From assembly GCA_965153285.1 (NCBI GenBank), contig OZ229116.1: a stretch of 64,000 nucleotides of DNA, one strand, 5' to 3'. A program made the position numbers and the translations under genes. Source of the stretch: Podarcis tiliguerta. Lineage: Eukaryota. The notes under the pieces are model-generated. The model did not search any database, had not been told where the DNA came from, and saw nothing but the letters and a program-made list of their open reading frames with translations. Shown piece after piece: positions 26,572 through 37,995 of the stretch (position 1 is its first letter; every line of letters begins with the position of its first letter).

Positions 26572-27934
26572 AATGCATTCCTTATCATGCTGCAAGTGAG
26601 AATTGACTTCTCTCCCATATGAAAAGCAATACCAGTTAATTTCTCTTTCGTTTTATGTTGTGTTGTGAACCACTACAGTATTCTGGTTTTCAGGTTCATT
26701 GTAGACCACCACATTTTCTTGATCTGTGTAATTCTCTTCTTGTAAGCCCCCACAATGGATACATAGACTGAAGAGAAAGGGGCAGGGGTCCACACATTAT
26801 GGATACCCAGCAATTATTTTTAGGGACCTGTGAAGTATGGCATTTTTGCTCCCTGTTTCACATGCATTTTATATCTCCTGCCTCACATGATGGCTGTATA
26901 GAGGGGAAAGGATGGGCAAAGGTAGTACATTATTGGCAACTCTTCTCCTCCAGCTCCTGACATAGATTGGTCCCAATACAAGATAGAGCCTGGTACTATT
27001 TTGGAAGAGGCACTCTTCACAACTACATTGCTAGGAGCTTTTTTTTTTTTTTTTTTTTAAGGTTATTACACCTGTCATGAAATATAGAGGACACTTTCTC
27101 TGCTGTTGAGCAGAACTAAATGTATAATTGCCACTGGAATCTTGACCACAGTTGTAGAGTACTGGAAACAGACATTTTGTGAGGCAGAATGTAGGCATTT
27201 TATTAAATTAAAGCCTGAGCTTAGGCCAGCACGGTTTTTAATGATGCGCTCGATCTTTCACTGACTTTATATTAAAAAAACAACGCACTGGGGTTTGACT
27301 TAAGGGCAAAAGAAAGAAAAAAGTGTTGTGTTACTTTCTTGTTGAGTAAGCCAGAACTGCATATCATGCATGATCTGGCAAACAGTTCAGGGTTTAGTTG
27401 GACTAGATCAATAAATTCAGATCCCTTTGTTTAGTAAGATCGATGCGATGTAATGAAGTCTGTGCTCCAATTCCCTGCTAAGGATCACTGCAGGGGATAG
27501 GAAGGTGTCTGTTTCTGTGTTATAAAGTACAGCAAACATTATAGTGAATATTTTTTGTATTATATAAGGATTGGACTGCACTTTTATTTTTCTTCTCCAG
27601 TTTTAGAAATCCCCTTTAGAAATCCACTTGAAGTGCCCTAGGAAATGAACTTTCATTTTTATGACTTTTCTTTTGCAAGATACATACATGCCTTTCCATA
27701 TAAGCCCATGAAATCCTACTTGCTTCAGACTTCTTGCCTTTGTTATGTTGACGGGGTATTATAAATCCTTTTTTGAAAAATCCATTTTGAAATTAAAATG
27801 CATACTTGAGGGAAGAACATTGACTTTTAATATAACCCCATATTCTAGGCATGTTTTTGATGTAAAGTTTGCAAGATGAGCTTCAGTAGCTGTTGCAATG
27901 CAATGGAGCCAATGCCTAATTTAAAAGTAAAGTA

Positions 27935-28102
27935 TCATACTTTTCTGTGTATGAGCCTAGGGTTTTTTTACTTTAAAATACGGTTAAAAATCTGGGGGCG
28001 TCTTATACACGGATAGTGCATATGCCCATTTTCTAAATTTGGAGTCCCCAAAAGTAGGGGGCGTCTTATACATGGGGGCATCTTATACATGGAAAAATAC
28101 AG
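27935..28102. mobile_element. Tc1/mariner-superfamily MITE (CCGTATTT-type TIR, Tc2/pogo-like)
   Basis: TA on both sides, right TIR cttatacatggaaaaatacag, three ggggcRtcttataca subterminal repeats. Confidence 0.8.
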
Positions 28103-28139
28103 TATTAATCTGGAGTTCAGCCCTAACTGTAGCATTGTT

Positions 28140-28234
28140 GAAACAAAATAAAAAAATTCCTTCCAGCAGCACCTTAGAGACCAACTAAGTTTGTTACTGG
28201 TGTGAGCTTTCGTGTGCATGCACACTTCTTCAGA
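28140..28234 (-). mobile_element. Penelope-like retroelement terminal-repeat fragment, 95 bp
   Basis: Recognised lizard PLE end sequence, flanked by an exact 10-bp direct repeat tagcattgtt (28130-28139 and 28235-28244). Confidence 0.85.
28204..28233 (-). ncRNA. Minimal type-I hammerhead ribozyme core (PLE type), stem I degenerate
   Basis: Minus strand CUGAAGA-A-GUGUG(CAUG)CACAC-GAA-AGCU-C; predicted cleavage between 28204 and 28203. Confidence 0.75.
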
Positions 28235-28299
28235 TAGCATTGTTAACGTTGTTTCTCCTATGACCTTATTTCAGGAACAGCAGTCATAATAAGCTGGTG

Positions 28300-28614
28300 G
28301 TTGTTACTTGAGGTGGCATGGTTAAGAGGCCTCCAGTGCAATGCCTAATTAACTTTTGGATCCATGTCTTGAGCAGATAGGTTAGGAGGCACTGGAGTCT
28401 CTCGCCCAGGGGAAGGTGACTGTGAGGGTCTCAACTCTGGCTATATGCACCTTGGTACCATGGCATCTGGCTCAGGGTGCTCCTGCCCTGGATTTAGGGG
28501 CACCTGGTTTTCAATCCCAGGCTCAGAATCAGTTACCCAGTTTGGCTCCTCAGCTGGTTATTCTACAGCCTCTGACTCCATGTCATGATTGCTGGTGGTT
28601 CTCAGGTCATGACA
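28300..28614 (-). mobile_element. Possible LTR fragment
   Basis: Minus strand begins TGTCATGA and has a TATA-like motif; GC-richer than its flanks; the other end is undefined. Confidence 0.3.
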
Positions 28615-30649
28615 GGATCCTTCGTTCTTCTTTTTCAACTTGTTTTCTGACCTCTTTGTGTACTACATGTCCACCTGTTATCTGCGGGAGGGTTTTATGT
28701 CCCCATGGATATTTGGATCGAGAGAATCCAAGTGCATCACTTTCGTTTATTACAAAGGAAACTATGTTTTCCAAATCCCCTTAAAATGCAAAGAATGATT
28801 GTTCCTGGAGCTCAATGTCGGTGTAAAATTTATTATAGAAGACGCTGGAAGATACCTGAGAAGTATGTGGCAATAGGCTGGTTGGACTTAAAGAAAGGTT
28901 TTATGTGATAATTCAGTATGAAATTGCTTTGCTGCCTCTTAGTGAAAGGAGTGTTCATTTTATTGCCATATGAATATGCAACAGTGTTGAGATGGTCACC
29001 TAATATGCTAAGAAGATGTACTTCCCTCTGCTGTTACATTATAATAAATGCATATGTCACTGCTGTTTGACAGTTAATTAACACGTGGTATGAAATACAA
29101 GAAAGCCACATTTAATTTCAACTCTCCTTTTTTCTTACCTTGTGAATGTAATTGCAGTTATCGTCCAACACGCTGATATTCTGTAATCTATCCATACTAA
29201 TTTGCATGACATAGAGGAAGAATAGTTCTGTTTGGCATAATGGTTTATGGTGTTTTAGGTCCACCTTGGGCTCTGTGTACCATACAGAGTGTGTCTTATC
29301 TCTCTGTGTTGTTATTGATAAGTCGAATCAAAAGCACCATCTAATTTCACATGCTTAACAAAAGTAATCAGGAAGGCTTTGTGAATAAGACATTTACTAT
29401 TAAGGTTATATGTTTGTGTGATAGTGCAAGGAATATGAGAGTGATGACTGGAGTCACAATGCATTGAGGAAAATTAATTCATTTCTTTGCCTGTATGATC
29501 TAGAATCAGGAGTTTGGTTCTATTCAATATACAGGCTGACACCACACAGAATAGCACATGCTGGGTGGACATCATAAGAAACAGCACATGGAACCTTGTG
29601 ATACTGTGCAAGGAAGCTGCTGTTGGGCAAAAGTGAGCAAAAATCCTGCTGAACTCATAAAATCCTTTTTGAGAAGTATCTCACTGGTTTGGGGAAAACC
29701 ACTGCTAAATCAAAAACTGCACATTCTTCTGTGGGCCCTCTTACCACATGCAAGTTCCCTTTTTTAAAGTTTCTTCAGTAGCACATAATCATTTTCTGGC
29801 AATTTTCTGATGAGTCATTGCATTTCTGGCCTTTTAAACATAGAGTTGTTGTGACACTCTACAAATGCTTACCCAAAGTAAAAATAAATAAATAAATAAA
29901 CAGTTTCATCCTAAAACATTTTCCCCATAAAATAAGTCATGTGTACTCTTTCTTGTTTTGATACGTGGCAATGTTTAACCTATGTTCACTTTCAGTTCCT
30001 CCCAAATTTTCAACTTAGTGAAATAATGTAATTTCCTGGGAATGGATGTGCAAAGGCACCATTCAAATGCTCGATAGAGGTGTTCCAATAGTTTCTTTCT
30101 ACTGTTGGGTGAAGCATTTGGTTTGTTGTTATTTTAATTTGTCCTTGACTTGTAATAAACCTGTTGGCTATAAGCTTTCAGAGAGCCCATAGGCAGTTTC
30201 TGATCCCAAAGCCAAAGCTGACATCTGTGGCTAGAGGGGTCATCTCTCTGTACACTGTTGCTACTGCCAATAGTTTTAATTTCCTAAACTGGTTATTTAA
30301 ATAATGTTTCGAGTGATGGAAACAAACATTAATTTAATGTGACATCTATTCATTTTCTCTCTCCTCTCTCCAACTTTTTTTTCTCATTGACAGTGTTCTG
30401 GCTTAAATATGCGACTTGAAAATTCAAAACTCTATACTTCTGGAATTAAAAAGGAGAAGAATAAACAGTTCCCTGACATTTATACTTAAAACTGTTTCTC
30501 ATTTGAATTCAGTGCCTCTGTCTGCCTTTTGTCTTCGTGTTCTCATAAAATCAGCACAGCATTGTAAAGTTCTTGCAAACAACAAGGAAACAATTCTAAG
30601 TTCATGGTTTGGTGTTTCAAGTTTTAGTTTCTAACATTTATCATACTTT

Positions 30650-31070
30650 TTATTGATACCTCACTTTTCTATACAACTCAAGGCAGCTTACAATAAATCA
30701 AAGTCAGCACAGATAATGGTGATAAACTAGAAATGACAATGAAAGACATGGGCTATAAAAAAGACCAAGATTAGCCAAGAATTTCAAAGTATATCCAAAA
30801 CATTTCAAAAGAAACCATAGTAAATGCCTGTGAAAACAGAATGTTTTACACCTGCCTCCTCAATGCTGTCATTCATCATTTCATGGCACTTCTGGGCAGC
30901 GGAGTTCCATAGTTGTGGGATCACAATGAAAAATATCCTGCACTGTGTCCTAGCAGATGTAATTAATAATTAAAAGTGGGGTGTTACCTGGAGCTGGAAA
31001 GGAAATGAGTTTTTTTCAGGTACATTGGACCAGACCATGTACAAAGTTCTAATGGTACTTGCTAGCATAG
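30650..31070 (-). mobile_element. Old L2 LINE 3' fragment
   Basis: ctcaaggcagcttacaa tail signature and gagttccatag...gggatcacaatgaaaaa. Confidence 0.6.
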
Positions 31071-31134
31071 GTGATGATTTCCCTTTCAAGGCTGAATCCA
31101 AAGGTTTTCTTTTGCATAACGTCATTTATGCTCA

Positions 31135-31420
31135 TTGAGAAAGCCAGTGAAAATAAGAATATTGGGCCAAAAGTCAGTTGAGTGCAAGATCCTGTTTTCG
31201 TAGCAACCAACCAGTTGCCTGTGGGAATCCTGAAAGCTGGACATGAGTGCAACAGCACTCTCCACTTTTCTGAGTCCTGGCAACTTGTACATATTTAGAG
31301 GCATGCTGCCTCCCTCACTGGAAGTAGAACATAGCTATTAGCCACTGGTGGCCTTAACTTCCATGATTTTATCTCATCTACATGAAGAGTGTCGTGAAAT
31401 TCATTTGGTGGCCTTGGGGC
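31135..31420 (-). mobile_element. CR1 LINE 3' UTR fragment
   Basis: Homologous to 44163-44341 and, inverted, to 59315-59493 (ccaaccagttgcctgtggg...gcatgctgcctcc). Confidence 0.75.
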
Positions 31421-31539
31421 AGTTGCTGTGTCTCTTCCTAATACACTTTACAGAAGGAATGCAAATGTGGCATATGCTGGGATTCCAGGGCAGGGATGTT
31501 ATCCCTATCGCTGACTGTTCCATCAGAGGCTTGTTTATA

Positions 31540-31663
31540 GGTAAAGGTAAATAAGGTAAAGGACCTCTGGACGGTGAAGTCCAGTCAAAAGTGACTATGG
31601 GGTACAGTGCAGGCCAAGGGAGCCGGTGTTTATCCACAGACAGCTTTCTGGGTCATGTGGCCA
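31540..31663 (-). mobile_element. Sauria SINE 3' fragment
   Basis: (AAAGGT)n tail, i.e. minus-strand ACCTTT repeats; gggagccgg...gggtcatgtggcca body. Confidence 0.9.
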
Positions 31664-33576
31664 ACAGTGAATCTCCTCTCTGTGAATTCACTTAGATACA
31701 GGAAAACACTGTTACTTCTCTTTGCATTATTCAGAAAAGATCATTCATTTTTGTACAGGCAGCGATCATTTCACATGGGGGTTTCATTCCTGGCCATGCG
31801 TGTGTCGGCAGAACATGTATAAGTGCTCCCCGTTACACCCCCATTCTGCCTTCTTCTGGGTCCAAACGGACCCACGTGTTGGCCATTGCACATTAATTGG
31901 ATGCACATAAAATGGTTGGCGCCTGTACTTCAGAAAATTTTTGTGTAAGCAGGTTATCTAGTTATGGGAAGGGATTTTCCAGAGGCTGCTTCTGATATGT
32001 TCTGCATAAATCCTTGAATTCCCTCTCTCACTGAACTGTATCCATACCATCTGAAAGAGGAATCCCACTGGCTTAGCCCTCACTGAGATGCATCTGTGTT
32101 GTACTACTTTAGACTCAGAGGCCAGAGGTCATAACTGGCAGCTGCTTAAGACCAAATTTGCTGAAGCTAAGAGAGGAGCAACGAGGGATGCTCTTCAGGT
32201 GTAATGTTCTGCATCTCCTCCATTAAAGGCTTTAGCTTTAAATATGTGTAAAATAAACCATATTTCTTAAAGACACTAGTCTCTGCTGTGCCTTGATTTT
32301 GGGTGAGCAGCTAAAACTCCCTGGAATTTTGCTACCGCTTGGCAGAGATTTGGGGTGGTGTAACACTATGTTGGTAAATTGCTATACAGTAAATTATTTT
32401 ACTAAAGGTCCAAATAATTTGATGTTTCTTGCAAGTTGCAGCAAATGGTGGCGTGAATGAATAAGGTTGATCAGCTACATAATAATACAATCGATCAATA
32501 TCCATTAGGTTATATTGCTTAGGTTTCATTAGGAGCACTATTTTGGTTTTAACTTCTTAGAATCCTAGACACTGCAGAAAATTGTAAGAGCTCATTACTG
32601 ACTGGGCCCTGTAGTCTTTAGTCAGCACAAAAGTGAAAACTGAACTTGGAATTAATTCTACCATCCACACATCCATACTTAAAAATGCCTTGTATCACAC
32701 ACAAGACTGTATTCCTCTTTTGGAATTGGAATCAAAGTGCCATGTAAATACTTTTATATCATTTTCAAATAAGCCCATCTTTAAGGATATTTGCAAGAAG
32801 AACTGGAGCGCTGTTGACAGAGAGTTTTGTATCTTCTGGTTATCACTTCCAACCACTCTTACTTCCGTTTAGGCTGGAATGAGGCCCATTAAGTATGGAA
32901 ATGTCAACTCATCTGCTAAAGCTGTCTAACTCCTTAGAACTCCTGAAAAAAAATACAGCATCACTAAAGCTGAGTTCACACATGCATGTTCGTCATTTGA
33001 TCATTGTAATCTCTTGTTCTAGCGTGCCTGTGCAATGAAACATTTCAGGGAGAGATAATATAACTTAACATAGTTCACAGTGCTCTTCTCCGTTCTGGCA
33101 ATTCATGTGATGAACTCCGAACCTTTCAATCAGTTTTTGAGTAATTGGATGATGAGACGTGATGTGCTGCAAATGCATCCTTAGGTTCATCTTTCTGCAA
33201 TTCTCCCTCCCTCTAGCTTCATGTATAACGGATCATGTTTCTGGCCAGCTGCCAGCCCCAACCTCCCACTGAATTATGGTGGTGCCACTTACCCACCCCT
33301 GCTGATGTGTCATGGCCCACAAGTAGACACACAGTGGCCCACACAGCCAAGAGGGATTAGATTCTCTTGTGACAGCCATACTTCTAAGTAGTCAGAACAA
33401 AACAATGGAACAGGTAGGGGACCTCCAGAAGTAATTGGGTGGGCTGGGGAGGGAGGTAGAACGGCCTCACTTAATAGCACCTTAGGTTCGATGGGGAGGT
33501 CTCTAGAAGGTCTTAACAGGAAAAGAAGAACTTAGGATGAATAATTATTTGAATATTTATTTGAAGTTTTTCTAGT

Positions 33577-33752
33577 AAAGGTAAAGAACCCCTGGACGGT
33601 TAAGTCCAGTCAAAGGCGACTATGGGGTTGCGGCACTCATCTCGCTTTCAGGCGAGCCAGCGTTTGTCCACAGGCAGCTTTCAGGGTCATGTGGCCAGCT
33701 TGACTAAACCACTTCTGGCGCAACAGAAACGCCGGCTCCCTTTACCTTTACC
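33577..33752 (-). mobile_element. Sauria SINE 3' fragment with an inverted second tail
   Basis: aaaggtaaag at left, ctttacctttacc at right; direct repeat ttttctagt on both flanks. Confidence 0.9.
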
Positions 33753-35729
33753 TTTTCTAGTGATCATCCTGACAACTATCCTAGCTGACATATTAGTTAT
33801 TCTTACTGATTAAAATTCGCCATGTGGTGTTCTTCAGACAAGTGGCAGTTTCTAATCAAGGTATAAAATGGTTCTGGTTTATTATGTTCCGAGGATGTGG
33901 TTGCAGAGTTGGGCAGAGAATAAGGAAAGCTGGAAAGTTACAGTGTCAGAATAGAGCAATTGCCTATGATAGACAGTGCAGGGATAAAATGCATATTGAC
34001 CAAGCGTGTTTGCTAAATCTATTACTGAATGTCATACAAGATATCCCTGCAGCTGAAGTTACATAAGGGCACTGAACATTTACAGACTCATGTAGAACCT
34101 AAGATAAATGAACGTGAAAGAATAAATTATGATGAAATATTTTTAAAAAGGCATGCATTTTTAAACATCACAGCATAAGTAATAGTGAATGATTAACATA
34201 CCCTTTGTCCCTTTCTCAGATTGAAACCTAGCTCCCTCCATCCTCAATGGTATTTATTTCAACATGTGAACTCAGCCCAGCATACTAACCATGATTTCTT
34301 TTCTGCCAACAAACCATAATGTGAAACTGGTTTGTTATTGGTTTGCAAAACATGGCATGTGTGGGTTTTTTGTTTTTACTATGATTTGCCATTGCATCCA
34401 CACTCAACAGCTTTGCTTATCCATTGCTTGTTTGGCTGCCCCATCACAGATGCTCACCAAGCTATAAAGGCATGGGGCCTGAGATACTGAGAAACAAACC
34501 AAGCTTTGGAAAACAAACCATGGAGAAGTAACCCATAGTTTGTTAAACAAACCATAATTAAAACAAACCATAATGAAGCATTATGTGTTCACACAGCCAT
34601 AGACTGGTTTAATAATAATCTGTGTGTGAAAAACTGGTTTTTGATCTCTTCTTTTTCCGTAGCAACTAATGATCTTTTATGGCTTCCATTGTGATGGGAA
34701 GGAAGGTTGGTTCTAACCTCTTCCTCAAATCCCAGAAAATAGTTTTATCCCCTTCCTCAGATGTCAGCATTGAACACAAATGTTGTCCTGGTTTTAGCAG
34801 ACAGTTACTTAGTGTAACTACTGACAGCTGCACTCTGACAGTGGTATAGCTACTAACTGTTGATGTTCCTAGAACTATTAAATCCAACAGTGAGTAGAAT
34901 ATATTTTTCCAAATCTTTCAGCAGTTGAGAACACCATACGATTCAGCCATCTGTAACCATTTCCTACTCAATGAGCCTCATTACAAGAAACCAAAAGTTA
35001 TAATTAAAAGCATAATATTCCCGTTTTGTATTCCATATGGCGAACTGCTGAGAAAAGGCTAGAAATAAAAGTTGAGTGATAGAGAACACTTCTAGTGCCA
35101 TTAAATAATTCTCATTAGATATTAAGATGCACCAATTCGTTTAAAAACTAGAGGAGGGGGTGCTTTATTTATTTGTCATCTTTCCTCATCTGTTGCTGTT
35201 ACCTGGATTTGATATTTGTTAAAAGACTAGAAAGTAAAATCTGACCTTAATTTAAATAATTCCCAGTTCTTGCCCATAAAAACTTGCTTATATATTTTGC
35301 TTCAGATTTGGTGTTGGAAAAGCCTATAAAAGTGAGAAACCAGGGCAGTTCCTGCAGCTCATAGACTTTCTGCTATACTAAATAAAAATATTGACAAAAG
35401 AATAAGATACTGCTGGCAATACGATGGTGGTGATAAAATGATAATTAAATATTTTAAGTTTTTAATTTTGTACTATTTCAGTTTTACTTTTATTTTGATG
35501 GTAAACCACTTTGGCAGGGCATTTTCACAGGAAGGCGACCCTAAATATTTTTAAATAAATTAGCTTGGCTGAAAATTAAAGAATCCATATAAGGCATTGT
35601 ATAAAGCAGACATTGTTAGCAACTTTAATGTCTTACTGGATGAGGGTCAAGCAACTTTTCTGTAGCAAGGATGGATAATTGCTTAGAGTTTTTGATGAGT
35701 AAATTGTATATAAATTCTTCTAAATAAAA

Positions 35730-35836
35730 GCTACCTGTGGCCCTTCAGGTGTTCTTGTGAGTACAGCTCCCATTATAGTCAGAAGATACAAGTAGTTGTC
35801 CAGCAACATATGGCAAGCCAAGGGTTGGTCACTCCA
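35730..35836. mobile_element. Degenerate hAT MITE of the 41518-41654 family
   Basis: acctgtggcccttcaggtgtt...gtccagcaacat...ggttgg. Confidence 0.6.
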
Positions 35837-37450
35837 GAGAGAGTGGTAGAGAGTTTTGCTATTGGATTCAGTAAAATGTGGAATGTAGTGTTAGGTGACT
35901 CTCCCCAGCCTAATTCACAATTGTGCAATTTCTGCAAATATCCAATGGTCATTTAAAAATCATCATTTTTAAGCGGAGCCTCATTCCCTTTCCAGTCTAA
36001 GATCCTATCATACTCCGGAGCACAAGAAAGCCTAGATGCCTCATACTCACAGCTCCCTCAGTGAGCCCCATCTGTGGGAACCACCATTACACTTTACTAA
36101 AAAAAAATTTTTGCCAGCAACTGTGGTACTGCAAATTCACGTTTTAAGATGCCAAAGCAACTGCAGTGCCATTGAGTGATGTTGTTGAAGTTTCTTTTCT
36201 GGGGTGAGGGGAGTTCTGTTTTCCTACACAAGTCTGTTCTAAGATTTCCCCCTAGATATCTGTTGAGTGTATTTGTGGATGTCTGTTTTTGTCATATCAA
36301 CAGTAAGAACAACTGTGCCATGATTACAGATGGTGAAAAGGTTCAAATGGGATGCTATCTCCTTCATTTAACAATCAGAGTTCCTTTCAAGGTCCGTGGC
36401 TTAGGTTTTAGGTTTGCTTTTGTTGTCTCCTAAAGCTGTAATTGTCTAGTTGGTTAAATATTTGTGGGCATAACTTCAGAATATGCTTTCGGCATGTAAC
36501 TCAAGGGGTTAGTCATTTTCTGAACAAGATTGCAGGGTTAACTAAGAAGTTGTATGTTGTTTATTCTCTTTCTCATTTTACTTTTTGGCATTTGTCGAGT
36601 CAGCCTTGTAGTTATCTTAGCCTGGAGTACACTGTTTTCTCATAATGTCAATAAAAGCCATACACCTAGATTTTTAAAAAAGCAGCTTTCAAGCAGATGG
36701 GTATTGCGATCAACCAGGATAGAGGAAGAGACACCTAGAAATATGTTTCAGGTCCTCAGTTTCATCTCCTCTAGCCTTGCTCAGAGGACAAGTAATTTTC
36801 TTGGGACTTCCCATGAGCTCTGTTGAAGCCTTATTTGATGACATTAGCTGATAATAGAACTGTCCTGTTTTGGGAGAGTAATGGTTTTTACTGAGGATGA
36901 GAAACACCTTTGTTTTTTGAACGGTGATAACTTGAATTTGTTCACTGCAACATGCTTCCCCTGTAGGAACTTAATTCTTTTATCCAAATCTGTTTAATAT
37001 TTTTGTTTGATACACTTCCTTGTATACATTGCCTCCAACATCCATATCCAATATAGATACTGTTACCTTCTCACTTGCTACTTTCAGTTATGGCTAGGAA
37101 TTCTGTATATAATAATACTGGATGATTATTATTATTTACCATAAATTATTATAGAACTTTTCCGTCATGCAATACAATAAAAAACTAAGTAATCTAAATA
37201 AAAAGAAAAAAGAAAAGAGTGAAGTAAATACAAAGCCGTCTCTCAAAGATAGATCTTAATCCTTGTTGCACGCAGGAGGGCATGTACCCTCCCAGCTCTC
37301 ACCTGGGAGCTTCCCTTTCTTCTTCCAGCCTCCCACCCTAGCAGATGGGAGGACACCCAAAAAAGCAAGTCAAAAGAACAATAAAATGAAGCAGGAAAAT
37401 AAAAGTAGTGGAAAAAAGAGGAAGAAATAAAAAGGGCTTCCGATTTTCCA

Positions 37451-37523
<73 letters not shown>
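37451..37523. repeat. Compound microsatellite (TC)n(TG)n(TA)n
   Basis: Direct reading. Confidence 0.97.
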
Positions 37524-37527
<4 letters not shown>

Positions 37528-37959
37528 AAAACTGACAGATACATATATTATTCAAAGAATTCACTGCAGGATGATATCCAGGTGTTCCTCCTTATGTTAG
37601 GTGATATTTTCCCGGTCTTCAGACCCAGACATCTCAAATTCATTCATTTTCCCTCAGAACTATTATATGGTGTTTGGGCACGATTGAAGTTCCTCTGCTC
37701 TAGGTCACTTACCCAGCTCTGGGTCTCTCGAAATTTCTCAGTCTCCTGGCATGGAAAGCAGTTTTTTCAGAGCATCAGAGGTTAATCCTGGTTCTCTCTG
37801 TCTTCCAGGTAGAATGTGATAACCACGATTTATGGCTTGGCTATCATTAATCACCACATAATTATCTCTGTTGGTGGACTGTCAACAAAACACATCCAGT
37901 CTGCCATCTTCCTCTCCCAGAAACCCCCCTATTATTGTTTACAATGATAGAATCATTTT

Positions 37960-37995
37960 TACTACTACTACTACTACTACAACTACAACTACTAG
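37960..37995. repeat. (ACT)n / (ACAACT)n microsatellite
   Basis: Direct reading. Confidence 0.9.

Noticed and set aside
37130-37800. Possible minus-strand L1-like ORF2 C-terminus and 3' UTR
   Set aside because: Only faint peptide similarity (WVSDLEQ, GKMNEF); too degenerate to call without an HMM search.
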